A DNA stretch of 63,973 nucleotides, the filler included, from a bacterium (lineage in GTDB: Bacteria > JALSQH01), in assembly GCA_026985515.1 (NCBI GenBank). It is 9 parts of 9 records of this genome, joined end to end, with 100 filler letters (N's around TTAATTAATTAA, not from the genome) between each part and the next. Parts side by side here need not be neighbours in the genome. Positions count along the whole stretch, not along the records: positions 1 to 14,421 come from JALSQH010000097.1; positions 14,522 to 28,645 come from JALSQH010000099.1; 7 more parts are not named here. The stretch is one strand, 5' to 3'. The notes beneath the pieces were generated by a model that ran no database searches, was not told the origin of the DNA, and worked only from the letters and a program-made list of their open reading frames with translations. The translations under genes and the position numbers were made by a program. Below are positions 9,274 to 19,276 of this stretch, one piece after another. Numbering within the stretch: the stretch's first letter is position 1; each line of letters opens with the position of its first letter.

Positions 9274-9772
9274 CCTGTATGGGGGTTCACCTGTAACTTC
9301 CCCCACCCGGAAAGAGGTGAGTGAGGTTGCCAGAAAGTTAAAATTTCCCTTTTCATACTATTCTCTTTCTGTAACTCCAGAGGGGAATTTGAGTTTACCT
9401 CTTGAATTCGATTTCAGAAAATATGTGAAAGGTGAAATAAAGGAGTATTCCACCAGAGTTTCTGAGGCAATTTTAAATCTGGAAGATTTAAAGAAAAAGG
9501 CTGAAGAAAAGAATTTTGTAGTGCCCCTGAGATTCATTGAAGCCAATTTACGGGCTGCCCGGGATCTTTATGAATTGTTTAAAGGAAATATTGAGGAAAT
9601 AGATGAACTTTTAAAGGGTCCTTTACACCATCGTGAAATTGATTTAATAAAGGAAAAATTGAGAAATATCAGGCTGTTATCTGAAAGAATCGGAGTGATG
9701 TGGAAATCCTCAAGCGATTTTTACAGAAAAACAACCAATTTTGTTCCATTTAGAGTGGAACTTGTCGAGTAA
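9230..9772 (+). CDS. Hypothetical protein (start uncertain; alternative GTG near 9317)
   Basis: Long ORF filling the gap between two + strand genes; helical, charged composition. Confidence 0.55.
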   Translation: MLLLVILLFSLQVHNLYGGSPVTSPTRKEVSEVARKLKFPFSYYSLSVTPEGNLSLPLEFDFRKYVKGEIKEYSTRVSEAILNLEDLKKKAEEKNFVVPLRFIEANLRAARDLYELFKGNIEEIDELLKGPLHHREIDLIKEKLRNIRLLSERIGVMWKSSSDFYRKTTNFVPFRVELVE

Positions 9773-9787
9773 CAGGAGGGAATTGTA

Positions 9788-10819
9788 TTGAAGGAAATCT
9801 TTGTGAAGGATCTTTCTTCGGGGAAAAGGATTCAGGGTGTTTTCTTTGTAAAGAACAAGGTGATGGCCATTGACAGACAGGGAAAACCCTACCTGATTGT
9901 TCTCCTTTCAGATAAAACAGGGGATGTTGAGGCGAGATTGTGGGAAAATGTGGAGCATTTTTCAAAACTTTTTGAAGTGAATGATGTGGTAATGATTGAT
10001 GGATGGACCCAGACATATCAGGGTAAGTTACAGATAAAGTTGATAAAAATTATGAGAAGCGAAGAGGAATGGAATTTTGAAGATTTTTTCCCGGGAAGGA
10101 GAAGGGAAAAGAAGGAGTTAATCAGGGAGTTTAATGCTCTTTTCAACATGTATCTGAGGGATGTTTATTTAATTGAACTGGTTGATCTTTTCCTAAAAGA
10201 CCAGGATTTCATGGAAAAGTTTCTCACTGTTCCTGCGGCCAAGTCTCTTCACCATGCCTATATTGGTGGACTTGCGGAACATACACTTTCGGTGATGAAG
10301 GCAGTGGTAAAGCTATCTGAACATTATAGGAGGTTTTACGGAGAGAGTTTCAATCATGAGGTGGCTCTTGTGGGAGCTTTTTTGCATGATGTGGGGAAAA
10401 TAAAAGAACTTTCATATGAGAAGAGTTTCAACTATACTGATGAGGGAAGACTTCTCGGACATATTATCCAGGGAATCCAGATGGTTGATGAAAAAATAAA
10501 GTCCATAAAAGGATTTCCTGAACTTCTGAGATTGCATATTCTTCACATTATCGCAAGTCATCACGGAAATTATGAATTTGGTTCTCCCAAGAGGCCCAAA
10601 ACCATAGAGGCTCTAATTGTTCATTATGCTGATGATCTTGATTCAAAAATTGAGAGTTTTCACTCTCATATGAAGGAAATCAGAGATACATCTGATGACA
10701 GATGGACCGGCTATCTCAAACATTACGACAGGTTTTTATTTGTGGAGCCCTACGAAAGTTCCGAACTTGAACCTTCTGAAAGTACCCAGCTTGAATTCTT
10801 CTCTGACTTTGATGAGTGA
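9788..10819 (+). CDS. YhaM/Cbf-type 3'-5' exoribonuclease (OB fold + HD domain)
   Basis: N-terminal OB (LSDKTGDVEARLW), PAAKSLHHAYIGGLAEHT, LHDVGK, SHHG, HYADDLD. Confidence 0.9.
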   Translation: MKEIFVKDLSSGKRIQGVFFVKNKVMAIDRQGKPYLIVLLSDKTGDVEARLWENVEHFSKLFEVNDVVMIDGWTQTYQGKLQIKLIKIMRSEEEWNFEDFFPGRRREKKELIREFNALFNMYLRDVYLIELVDLFLKDQDFMEKFLTVPAAKSLHHAYIGGLAEHTLSVMKAVVKLSEHYRRFYGESFNHEVALVGAFLHDVGKIKELSYEKSFNYTDEGRLLGHIIQGIQMVDEKIKSIKGFPELLRLHILHIIASHHGNYEFGSPKRPKTIEALIVHYADDLDSKIESFHSHMKEIRDTSDDRWTGYLKHYDRFLFVEPYESSELEPSESTQLEFFSDFDE

Positions 10820-10820
10820 G

Positions 10821-12686
10821 TCACTTTTCTCCCTTCATTTTCAGTAATGTGGGTACGGTTCTGTATTTACTTTCAATATATGGGATGAGCTCTTTGATTA
10901 TATAGTCTTCGTACCTGTAACCATCCTGACCTGAATTGTCAACATGGTTAACAAAGAAACTTCCCTGCACCTTTTTGACACTGTGACCATCGGGAAAAAC
11001 TATAATCATATGTTTTAATTTACCCATAGCCATCAGATATGTCAGAACCAGCCCTGTCTGCCACATATCACTTGCTTTCATTCCATACCCGTGAAGAAAG
11101 TATACCACAGGATAGTATCTTTCCGGGAAATCATCATAACCTGGGGGGAGGGTCACAGAGAATTCCCTGTAAACTCCCAGAATCTTGCTCTTAAAACCAT
11201 CAACAAATGCCTTGCCAATTTCAGTTGAGGTTTCGAGGTACGAATATTGAGGAGGAATATGGTGGGAAATGTACATGAAAATTCCAAGAACCCTCATAAC
11301 AACCTGTGAGAAGTTACCCACATGGCCGCCATCTCCACCCCTGTGTTTTGCCTGGTCAATGGTCAGGTTCTGGTGTCCATACAGAACCAGAAAATTATCT
11401 GGTGTTTTGCTCCAGTCAATTCTGAAGAATATGTTTTCATCTCCGGGATAATGAGGTATCTGATCAAAGCCGTTGTAAATCGCTGCATCTCCATTTGTGA
11501 GATATTTTATTTTTCCAATGAACCTCTTTGCACCCTCCTGAAAGAAGAAGGTGTCTTTAACACCGGCATCAAGATAAAATTTGGTGTGCCTGAAATCCAC
11601 ATTATCAAGGAGAGTGTATGGGTCAGCTCTGAACATGTTGTATATATTGGGATTGTAATCAAATTTCCCGTTTCCCTCACCATAATCGTACGGTGAATTT
11701 TCTGTACCATAAATGCCATCTATTCCAGTGTCTTCAAAGGGTTCACCCGGTCCTGTCTGGGGATTATCGTAGCTTATCGGTCCCGGGCCATCATATACTA
11801 AATTCCCCTCTGTTCCCGTTGGATTTGTCCAGAAGTTGTAGTCATCATGGTCTGGATCGGGATTGGTGACTGGATCATAGCCTGGTTCTTCTGGATCAGG
11901 TATTCCATCTCTTCCGTAATCCAGAAACGGTTCCGATATTTGTCTTATGACAGGTTCACCCTTATCTCTTTTCCCATTTCCATTGCAGTCCACTGCGAGA
12001 CCAACTTCCACAGGTACATCCGGGTCAGGATCATCAAAGATACCATTTCTGTTCACGTCATTTCCATCACAGTAGGTTATAACGGGCCAGAGTCCTTTTT
12101 CATCTGGTGGGATATGTCCGGAATAGGATTGACAGAAGGGATGTTCAGGGTTGTTGTACTCACCGTCGTAAAAGTCATTGAGAACCAGAGGAGCAGGACA
12201 CCCTTTTTGAGTAATTCTCTTGATTAAGTCAATATCTCCATTAGTAACGGGTGGGGGCCAGTAGGTGGAGTATGGGTTATATACAAGAAAATTTCCAAAA
12301 GCCAGGACAAGATCTTTTATGAGTTTAAGATGGGAATCCCTGTCAAAGATGTCGTCTATACCTGTGAACCATTTTTCGTAAGTTATCGGGTCATTTTTCT
12401 CAGATGGAAGGAATCCACCCATCAGATTGTGTCGGATGTGCCACAGGAGATAACCCCAGTCTGTAGGTCCACCCATTATTGCAACTATATCAAACATCCT
12501 GGAATATTTTGTACCTAAATATGCTGCTCCATAGCCACCCATTGAAACTCCAGCCATAATTCGTCCTGTAAATTCGCTACTGTTTTCCGGTTGTTTCTTT
12601 TCCCTGTTTTTACCGGTACAGCTGAAAAGGAGTATCGTGGCCAGAATAATAACAAAAACGGTTCTGATAGTTGACCTCATTTCCAC
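10821..12686 (-). CDS. Lipoprotein alpha/beta-hydrolase (putative esterase), circularly permuted, with acidic Ca-binding-like insert
   Basis: Lipobox LFSC; GVSMGGYGA near N-terminus; LPPGY..RYYPVVYFLHGYG and ELIPYIESKYRT at C-terminus; likely ATG at 12680. Confidence 0.75.
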   Translation of the reverse strand: MEMRSTIRTVFVIILATILLFSCTGKNREKKQPENSSEFTGRIMAGVSMGGYGAAYLGTKYSRMFDIVAIMGGPTDWGYLLWHIRHNLMGGFLPSEKNDPITYEKWFTGIDDIFDRDSHLKLIKDLVLAFGNFLVYNPYSTYWPPPVTNGDIDLIKRITQKGCPAPLVLNDFYDGEYNNPEHPFCQSYSGHIPPDEKGLWPVITYCDGNDVNRNGIFDDPDPDVPVEVGLAVDCNGNGKRDKGEPVIRQISEPFLDYGRDGIPDPEEPGYDPVTNPDPDHDDYNFWTNPTGTEGNLVYDGPGPISYDNPQTGPGEPFEDTGIDGIYGTENSPYDYGEGNGKFDYNPNIYNMFRADPYTLLDNVDFRHTKFYLDAGVKDTFFFQEGAKRFIGKIKYLTNGDAAIYNGFDQIPHYPGDENIFFRIDWSKTPDNFLVLYGHQNLTIDQAKHRGGDGGHVGNFSQVVMRVLGIFMYISHHIPPQYSYLETSTEIGKAFVDGFKSKILGVYREFSVTLPPGYDDFPERYYPVVYFLHGYGMKASDMWQTGLVLTYLMAMGKLKHMIIVFPDGHSVKKVQGSFFVNHVDNSGQDGYRYEDYIIKELIPYIESKYRTVPTLLKMKGEK

Positions 12687-12852
12687 CTCGCATTTTTCTG
12701 GTGGTTAGAGGAAAATATACAATTTTAATTTCTTATTGTCAAGCTTGAAGCTTTTTATTCATTTAAAACATGAAATTTCTATTCCCCCTTTTTTAGAGGC
12801 ACCTTGAAAAGGTCTCTTTCACGGTTAAATTATTTTACAGGAGGTAAAGGAA

Positions 12853-13287
12853 ATGGCAGAAAAAAGAAAACTTGAAGAAAGAGAAAAATTAAAAGAGGAA
12901 CTGCTTGAAAAACTTGAAAAATTAAAAGAAGAGGTAAGAAAGAGCGGTGAAAAAACAGCCTCCGAGTTAGAAAAGACAATTGGAGAAATAGGGAAAGATC
13001 TTGAGTATCTAAGTAAAGATTTTGCGGAATTTTTTAAAGAAACTTTCGAGAAGCCTCAGGTAAAGGAGGCTATAGCTCGAACAAGAAGCTGGCTTACCTC
13101 TGCTCTGAAAAATGCAGCAGATTCACTTCTAAGATATGGAAAAGAGCTTGATGGATTGTATGACGCAGGTGATCTACCTGCGGGTAAATATGAATGCATC
13201 AGATGTGGACGAGTTGTTGAACATAAAGGTGGGAAACTGACCGGTTGTCCCACCTGTGGAGGGACAACCTTTAAAAAGATAGATTAA
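12853..13287 (+). CDS. Coiled-coil protein with C-terminal zinc ribbon (DUF1451-like)
   Basis: SD GGAGG; AGKYECIRCG...LTGCPTCGGTTF. Confidence 0.7.
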   Translation: MAEKRKLEEREKLKEELLEKLEKLKEEVRKSGEKTASELEKTIGEIGKDLEYLSKDFAEFFKETFEKPQVKEAIARTRSWLTSALKNAADSLLRYGKELDGLYDAGDLPAGKYECIRCGRVVEHKGGKLTGCPTCGGTTFKKID

Positions 13288-13330
13288 ATGACTGATTAAA
13301 TAAAAAAACCAAAAGAAAGGAGGTGATACT

Positions 13331-13777
13331 ATGGCACTGACAAGGTGGGATCCTTTCAAAGATCTGCTGAGGTTACAGGATGAGTTAAATAGACTCTTTG
13401 AATCTGAAATTTCAAGGAGAATGGGTGAAGAAGGTTTAACATCCTCATCATGGATTCCTCCGGTAGATATTTACGAAGATGAGAATAACATTGTGGTGAA
13501 GGCTGATCTGCCCGGAATGGATCAGAAGGATATTGAAGTGAAAGTCGAAAATAATTCCCTGGTGATCAAGGGAGAAAAGAAATTTGAGGATGAGGAAAAG
13601 AAGAACAACTACCACAGAATAGAAAGATTCTATGGTACATTTCAAAGAGTTTTCACGCTTCCCGATACTGTGGATGTTGAGAAGATAAAGGCAACCTACA
13701 AAAACGGTGTTCTGGAAATTACCATACCAAAGAAACCTGAAACCAAACCGAAGCAGATCAAAGTGGAAGTCAAGTAA
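13331..13777 (+). CDS. Hsp20/alpha-crystallin small heat-shock protein
   Basis: RWDPFKDL, WIPPVDIYE, ADLPG, ERFYGTFQRVFTLP, YKNGVLEITIPK, IKVEV. Confidence 0.95.
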   Translation: MALTRWDPFKDLLRLQDELNRLFESEISRRMGEEGLTSSSWIPPVDIYEDENNIVVKADLPGMDQKDIEVKVENNSLVIKGEKKFEDEEKKNNYHRIERFYGTFQRVFTLPDTVDVEKIKATYKNGVLEITIPKKPETKPKQIKVEVK

Positions 13778-13780
13778 TTT

Positions 13781-14421
13781 TCAGGCCAGCCCATTGTGGC
13801 TGGCTTTTTTTATTATCCAGAGAAGAAAAATTCCTCCCATAATTGCGGTAATTATTCCCACGGGGAGCTCCGAAGAGAGAAGGATAACTCTTGAAAGAGC
13901 ATCGCTCAGAGAAAGAATTATTCCTCCAGCGAAGTAATTGAAAATGATGGCTTCCCTCGCTCTTCTAAATCCACCATTGCGTAGAAGGTGGGGAACTATA
14001 AGCCCCACAAATCCAATGGGTCCGGTAATGGCAACAATGGTTGAGGTGAGAAGTGTGGCAGTAACAACGACTGATGAGAAAATCAAATCATAGTTTATTC
14101 CGAGAGAAATGGTTTCTTCTCTTCCGAGGGAAAGGATGTCAATTTCCCTTCCAAATAACCACAGAATGATTATGATAACCATGCTCACGATGGAAATGTA
14201 GATAAGGGATGTGATGGGCTGGACAGTTATGTTACCCATTATCCAGTGAAGTATCTCTATAATGACCCCCCGGGGAGCTATGTAGTAGATCAAGAGAATT
14301 ATTGAAGAGAAAATAACATTAATCACAATTCCTGCGAGGATCAGAGATTCCCGGGAAAGAAGGGGTCTTGATATGAAGTATGCTATGGTTACGCTTGCAA
14401 TTCCTCCTGCAAATGCTGCCA
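13781..14421 (-). CDS. FecCD/BtuC-type iron/cobalamin ABC permease, 5' truncated by contig end
   Basis: Frame open to the contig edge (AAFAGG...LILAGIVIN); GPIGFVGLIVPHLLR, ELPVGIITAIMGG. Confidence 0.88.
13785..13811 (+). terminator. Rho-independent terminator after hsp20
   Basis: GCCAGCC-cattgt-GGCTGGC followed by T7; overlaps the 3' end of the convergent permease. Confidence 0.75.
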
Positions 14422-14521
14422 NNNNNNNNNNNNNNNNNNNNNNNNNNNNNNNNNNNNNNNNNNNNTTAATTAATTAANNNNNNNNNNNNNNNNNNNNNNN
14501 NNNNNNNNNNNNNNNNNNNNN
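14422..14521. other. Artificial contig linker
   Basis: N44-TTAATTAATTAA-N44. Confidence 0.98.
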
Positions 14522-14523
14522 TA

Positions 14524-14610
14524 GCCATTAAAGGTGTCGGGGTTTTTGAAACTTTGAAGGCCATTACAAAACTTGTTCTTATTGATCTGAAGAGGAAAAC
14601 AGGGGCCTGA
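14524..14610 (+). CDS. mglA: C-terminal fragment of MglA-family small GTPase; not in ORF track
   Basis: AIKGVGVFETLKAITKLVLIDLKRKTGA* matches the MglA G5 region A..G.GVF.TLK...KLVL. Confidence 0.75.
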   Translation, partial: AIKGVGVFETLKAITKLVLIDLKRKTGA

Positions 14611-14647
14611 TTCTTCCCACTTTCACCATAAATAAGGAGGAATTGAA

Positions 14648-15061
14648 GTGCAGAAAGTGGTATGGAAGGGTAATATGTTGTTTGAAGGGGAGAATGAGAG
14701 AGGACTGAAAACTACAATGGATGCTTCTCCTCAGCATGGAGGGAATAATAATGGTCCTGCTCCAATGGAGGTATTTCTTCACAGTCTTGGTGGATGTACC
14801 GGAATGGATGTAATATCCATTTTAAGAAAGATGAAAGAACCTGTGGAAGAGTTTTACATAGAAATAAATGCTGAAAGAGCACCTGAACACCCGAGAGTAT
14901 ACACAAGAGTGCATCTCAAGTATGTTTTCAAAGGTAATCTGGATCCAAAGAAGGTAAAAAGGGCGATTGAGCTTTCAAGCAATAAATACTGCTCTGTAAC
15001 TGCTATGTTGAGAAAAACTGCAGAAGTAACCTATGATTACGAGATTATTCCTCCAGAGTAA
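14648..15061 (+). CDS. OsmC family protein (YhfA-like)
   Basis: GPAPME..LGGCTGMDVISILRK, KYCSV. Confidence 0.9.
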   Translation: MQKVVWKGNMLFEGENERGLKTTMDASPQHGGNNNGPAPMEVFLHSLGGCTGMDVISILRKMKEPVEEFYIEINAERAPEHPRVYTRVHLKYVFKGNLDPKKVKRAIELSSNKYCSVTAMLRKTAEVTYDYEIIPPE

Positions 15062-15771
15062 AAATCTGGAAGGGTAATGTCTCCACTTTCAATGGCTGAT
15101 TTAATAGAGTGGTACTTCTCTTCAGTTCCAAGGTCGAGCCAGAGACCATCCCATATCACTGCCCTTATTTTCTGACCGTTTTTTAAGAGTTTTTTGTAAA
15201 GGGAATCGATTATTGAGGATTTTCCCTCTGGAAGATATTTAAAAATTTCGCTCCTGAGTAAATGTATGCCTGCAAATGTAAACTTTTCACCATTTCCAGT
15301 TTCACCAAAGCCTGTTACCTCTTCATCCTTTACCCATACAGGAGTGTAACCATCCCTGTAGGGAACGAGCACCATGGTGGCAACAGGCAGGGGATCAATC
15401 AGAAGTTTTTTTAAGGGAAAGTCTGTTATGATGTCTGAGTTCAGCAGAAAAAAAGGATGTGGAAATAAAAACCTTTCAGCCTTTTTAACTCCACCTCCTG
15501 TGCCCAGCAGTTCCTCTTCAATTGATGGAATTATTCTGACAGGGAGTTGCAGTTTTGCAAAGTAATTCAGAAGGTCCTCCTTCCTGTAGTGGAGATTTAC
15601 CACTATATCCCTTATCCCCCAGTTGAGGAGAAGCCTTATACTGTACTCAATGAGAGGTTTTCCCCTGACTTTCAGAAGAGGTTTTGGCTGATTTGCCGTA
15701 AGATTTCCCATCCTTACCCCCCTCCCTGCAGCCAGGATCATTCCCATTATGTATGATTTACAGCACTCCAT
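15037..15771 (-). CDS. Sugar-phosphate nucleotidyltransferase (MurU/NTP_transferase family)
   Basis: MILAAGRGVRM..LT..PKPLL, EELLGTGGG, LLNSD, WLDLGT. Confidence 0.88.
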   Translation of the reverse strand: MECCKSYIMGMILAAGRGVRMGNLTANQPKPLLKVRGKPLIEYSIRLLLNWGIRDIVVNLHYRKEDLLNYFAKLQLPVRIIPSIEEELLGTGGGVKKAERFLFPHPFFLLNSDIITDFPLKKLLIDPLPVATMVLVPYRDGYTPVWVKDEEVTGFGETGNGEKFTFAGIHLLRSEIFKYLPEGKSSIIDSLYKKLLKNGQKIRAVIWDGLWLDLGTEEKYHSIKSAIESGDITLPDFYSGGIIS

Positions 15772-16337
15772 TAATCAGAAAGGGTCAGGTATATTTTATC
15801 CAGGATTATCAAACTGTTTTTCTTCCATTTTCTGTAAATTTCAAGAACAGATTTAAAATTTCCCACCACACTCCCCTTTATGTAGAGTTCATAGGGATGC
15901 TCTGCAGTGTATATTCCTCTTTCTTTTACTTCGTGGAATTCCTCATTTTCTTCTTTAATTACCACCTCCACATCTTCTGGAACATCTTTTAAGAGTTCCT
16001 TCATCTGTTTCCCATGGACAGGTGTGAAAGCCTCCATTTCAAAATCAAAAGATGCATTTTCAATTTTTCTTGCGGACTTAAGGTCAATTTCAATGTTGTT
16101 TCCCCCTTCTTTCAGGGTTTTTTCCCACTCCGGCAGTGATTTTTCATCAACGATTACATGGACGAGAGTTTCAACAACTCCGAGCCATTCCTTCAGCCTG
16201 TCAGATAGAGTTTCCCTTGCTATATTTTCCTCTTTGCTGAAATAAACCTCGGCATTTTCAATGCAGGTCATTCTCCCTTCCATAAAACCTTTTACAAGAA
16301 GATATGGACCTTCCACAACCAGTTCATAGTACTCCAT
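15771..16337 (-). CDS. Hypothetical protein
   Basis: 188-aa ORF with SD (AGGAG), translationally coupled to the downstream gene. Confidence 0.7.
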   Translation of the reverse strand: MEYYELVVEGPYLLVKGFMEGRMTCIENAEVYFSKEENIARETLSDRLKEWLGVVETLVHVIVDEKSLPEWEKTLKEGGNNIEIDLKSARKIENASFDFEMEAFTPVHGKQMKELLKDVPEDVEVVIKEENEEFHEVKERGIYTAEHPYELYIKGSVVGNFKSVLEIYRKWKKNSLIILDKIYLTLSD

Positions 16338-16433
16338 TTCCCACTCCTTTACAGTTTTTTAGATTTTACCATTTAAGGTAGGGTTGTCAAATTCAGAGCA
16401 AATGAGACTTGACCCTACCAGTCAAATTTCCTA

Positions 16434-16460
16434 TTAGCAGTTTTTTGTTAGATGTGCTAA
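16434..16460 (+). promoter_or_regulatory. CIRCE-like (HrcA) inverted repeat upstream of xerC-hslVU
   Basis: TTAGCAGTT-N9-ATGTGCTAA vs consensus TTAGCACTC-N9-GAGTGCTAA; 7/9 match in each arm, exact spacing. Confidence 0.55.
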
Positions 16461-16472
16461 ACTTATCTTTAA

Positions 16473-17375
16473 ATGGAAGAATTGAGAAAGTATATCCTGC
16501 AGTTTGAAGATTATCTGAAAATAGAGAGAAATGCCTCTCCCCATACCCTGAGAAATTACACTGCTGATCTGAAGGAATTTGTTGAGTTTCTCGAAAAGGT
16601 AAAAGTGAAAAAATGGGAGGATGTGGATTTCAGGTTGATCTCCTTTTTCATCAGGGAACTCTACAGAAAAAACAGTAAAAGAACAATTGCAAGAAAGCTC
16701 TCCACATTGAGAACTTTTTTTGATTACCTTATCAGAGAAGAGATTGTAAAAAATAACCCTGCAAGGCTTCTGAGCAATCCCAAACTTGAAAAAAAGATTC
16801 CATCTTTTCTAAACATAGAAGAGGTATTTGCTCTTGTGGAGTCACCTGATGATTCTCCTCTGGGTAAGAGGGACAGGGCAATTATTGAAATGCTTTATGC
16901 AACAGGGATGAGGGTCAGTGAGCTGGTTGGATTAAATATTGAAGATGTGGATTTCAAAAGTGAACTTGTACTTGTAAGGGGTAAGAGAAGAAAGGAAAGG
17001 ATTGTTCCTCTGGGTAAACCTGCTCTGGAGGCTTTGAGGAAATACCTGCCTGTTAGAAGGGAGATAATGGAGAGTAATGGTGAGACACACACGGCGCTTT
17101 TTGTGAATAACAGGGGCAGAAGATTGACGGCAAGGAGCGTGGAGAGGATTGTTGATAAGTACATTGTTAAGACGAGCATAATGAGGAAAATTTCTCCTCA
17201 CGCCTTGAGACATACCTTTGCCACCCATCTCCTGAATGCTGGCGCAGATTTAAGGACAATTCAGGAGCTACTGGGGCACAGCTCACTTTCCACGACTCAG
17301 GTTTACACGCATGTTGAAGTGGAAAAGTTAATGCAGGTCTATATGAAGTCACATCCGCGGGCAAGGGGTGAATGA
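16473..17375 (+). CDS. xerC: Tyrosine recombinase XerC
   Basis: [60 protein letters not shown]; xerC-hslVU synteny. Confidence 0.9.
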   Translation: MEELRKYILQFEDYLKIERNASPHTLRNYTADLKEFVEFLEKVKVKKWEDVDFRLISFFIRELYRKNSKRTIARKLSTLRTFFDYLIREEIVKNNPARLLSNPKLEKKIPSFLNIEEVFALVESPDDSPLGKRDRAIIEMLYATGMRVSELVGLNIEDVDFKSELVLVRGKRRKERIVPLGKPALEALRKYLPVRREIMESNGETHTALFVNNRGRRLTARSVERIVDKYIVKTSIMRKISPHALRHTFATHLLNAGADLRTIQELLGHSSLSTTQVYTHVEVEKLMQVYMKSHPRARGE

Positions 17376-17908
17376 TGGAAAAATTTTACGGTACGACCAT
17401 AATCGCTATAAAGAGAGATGGAAAAACAGTCGTTGCAGGTGACGGACAGGTAACAATGGGAAATTCCATCATAAAAGCATCTGCCAGAAAGGTCAGAAGG
17501 TTGTATAATGATAAGGTACTGGCAGGTTTTGCAGGTTCCACGGCTGATGCATTTGCTCTTTTTGAAAAGTTTGAGGGAAAATTGAAGGAGTTCAACGGCA
17601 ATCTGGTTAAATCGGCAGTGGAACTGGCCAAGGAGTGGAGGACCAGCAAGATGCTCAGGTATCTGGAGGCTCTTCTCGTTGTGGCAGATAAGGATCATCT
17701 TCTCCTGATTTCAGGTACAGGGGATGTTCTTGAGCCGGATGAGCCTGTAATAGCAATTGGTTCCGGAGGAAATTATGCCCTTGCTGCAGCCAGAGCGCTT
17801 TTGACACATACGAACCTATCTGCAAGGGAAATTGCTCTGGAATCGCTTAAAATTGCATCCGATATCTGCATATACACCAACAGCAACTTTGTGGTGGAGG
17901 AATTATAA
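17372..17908 (+). CDS. hslV: ATP-dependent protease subunit HslV
   Basis: [33 protein letters not shown]. Confidence 0.97.
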   Translation: MMEKFYGTTIIAIKRDGKTVVAGDGQVTMGNSIIKASARKVRRLYNDKVLAGFAGSTADAFALFEKFEGKLKEFNGNLVKSAVELAKEWRTSKMLRYLEALLVVADKDHLLLISGTGDVLEPDEPVIAIGSGGNYALAAARALLTHTNLSAREIALESLKIASDICIYTNSNFVVEEL

Positions 17909-17923
17909 GGAGGAAAGGTTAAA

Positions 17924-19267
17924 ATGGAGAGAGAAGAAGTTCTTACTCCCAAACAGATAGTTGAGGAGCTGGACAGATACATTGTGGGGCAGAAAGAAGC
18001 GAAGAAGGCAGTTGCCATAGCATTGAGAAATAGATGGAGAAGGAAGCATGTACCTGAAGAATTGAGAGATGAAATAGTACCCAAAAACATACTCATGATA
18101 GGACCAACGGGGGTGGGAAAAACTGAAATTGCAAGGAGACTTGCCAAACTTGCGGATGCTCCCTTTATCAAAGTTGAAGCTTCAAAATTCACAGAGGTAG
18201 GTTATGTGGGAAGAGATGTTGAGTCAATCATAAGGGATCTTGTGGAGATAGCGGTGAATCAGGAAAAAGAGGCGGAGAAGAGAAAGGTTTATGAAAAAGC
18301 GAAACAGATAGCTGAGGAAAGGTTACTTGACATTCTCATACCGAGAGTTTCCAGTTACTATCAGGATGATGAGCATGAAAGGACCTACAGGGAAACGAGG
18401 GAAAAATTCAGGCAGATGTTGAGGGAGGGTAAGTTGGATGAGAGGGAAGTGGAAATCACTGTAACTGCCTCGGCGGTTCCGGTAATTGAGGTTTTTTCCG
18501 CTTCGGGTATGGAAGAGATGGGATATCAGATGAAGGACCTGTTTGACGCTTTTCTACCCAAAAAGAAGAAAAAGAGAAGAATGAAGGTAAAGGAGGCTCT
18601 CGAGTATCTTGCCCAGGAAGAGGCTTCAAAGCTCATAGATATGGACAAGGTGACATCAGTGGCACTGCGTAAAGTGGAGGAGAGTGGAATAGTTTTCATA
18701 GACGAAATAGACAAGGTGGCGGGGAGAGAGGGGGATAGAGGTCCCGATGTTTCAAGGGAGGGAGTTCAGAGAGATCTTCTCCCCATTATCGAGGGAACCA
18801 CCGTTACAACGAAGTATGGACTGGTTAAAACTGACCATATCCTGTTTATTGCGGCAGGTGCTTTTCATGTGGCGAAACCTTCTGATCTTATTCCTGAACT
18901 GCAGGGTAGATTTCCCATCAGAGTGGAATTATCTCCTCTCACAAGAGATGATTTTTACAGAATTCTCACCGAACCTGAGAATGCTATAACAAGGCAGTAC
19001 ATTGAATTAATGAAAACGGAGGATGTGGAACTTGAATTTACCGATGACGCTCTGAGAGAAATTGCAAGGCTGGCTGAGGAAGTCAACCTTAAAAATGAGA
19101 ATATTGGGGCAAGGAGGCTTTACACTGTGGTGGAGAAGCTCCTTGAGGATATTTCCTTCAATGCCCCCGAGCTGAAGGGTCAGAAAATCACCATTACAGG
19201 TGAGTATGTAAGAGAAAAGTTGAAAGATATTGTTGAGAGTGAGGATCTGAGCAGGTATATACTCTGA
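17924..19267 (+). CDS. hslU: ATP-dependent protease ATPase HslU
   Basis: [48 protein letters not shown]. Confidence 0.97.
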   Translation: MEREEVLTPKQIVEELDRYIVGQKEAKKAVAIALRNRWRRKHVPEELRDEIVPKNILMIGPTGVGKTEIARRLAKLADAPFIKVEASKFTEVGYVGRDVESIIRDLVEIAVNQEKEAEKRKVYEKAKQIAEERLLDILIPRVSSYYQDDEHERTYRETREKFRQMLREGKLDEREVEITVTASAVPVIEVFSASGMEEMGYQMKDLFDAFLPKKKKKRRMKVKEALEYLAQEEASKLIDMDKVTSVALRKVEESGIVFIDEIDKVAGREGDRGPDVSREGVQRDLLPIIEGTTVTTKYGLVKTDHILFIAAGAFHVAKPSDLIPELQGRFPIRVELSPLTRDDFYRILTEPENAITRQYIELMKTEDVELEFTDDALREIARLAEEVNLKNENIGARRLYTVVEKLLEDISFNAPELKGQKITITGEYVREKLKDIVESEDLSRYIL

Positions 19268-19276
19268 GGGTCTGGA

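Noticed and set aside
16473-17375. Tyrosine recombinase as a prophage or island integrase
   Set aside because: XerC signatures and xerC-hslVU context; no phage genes or att sites seen.
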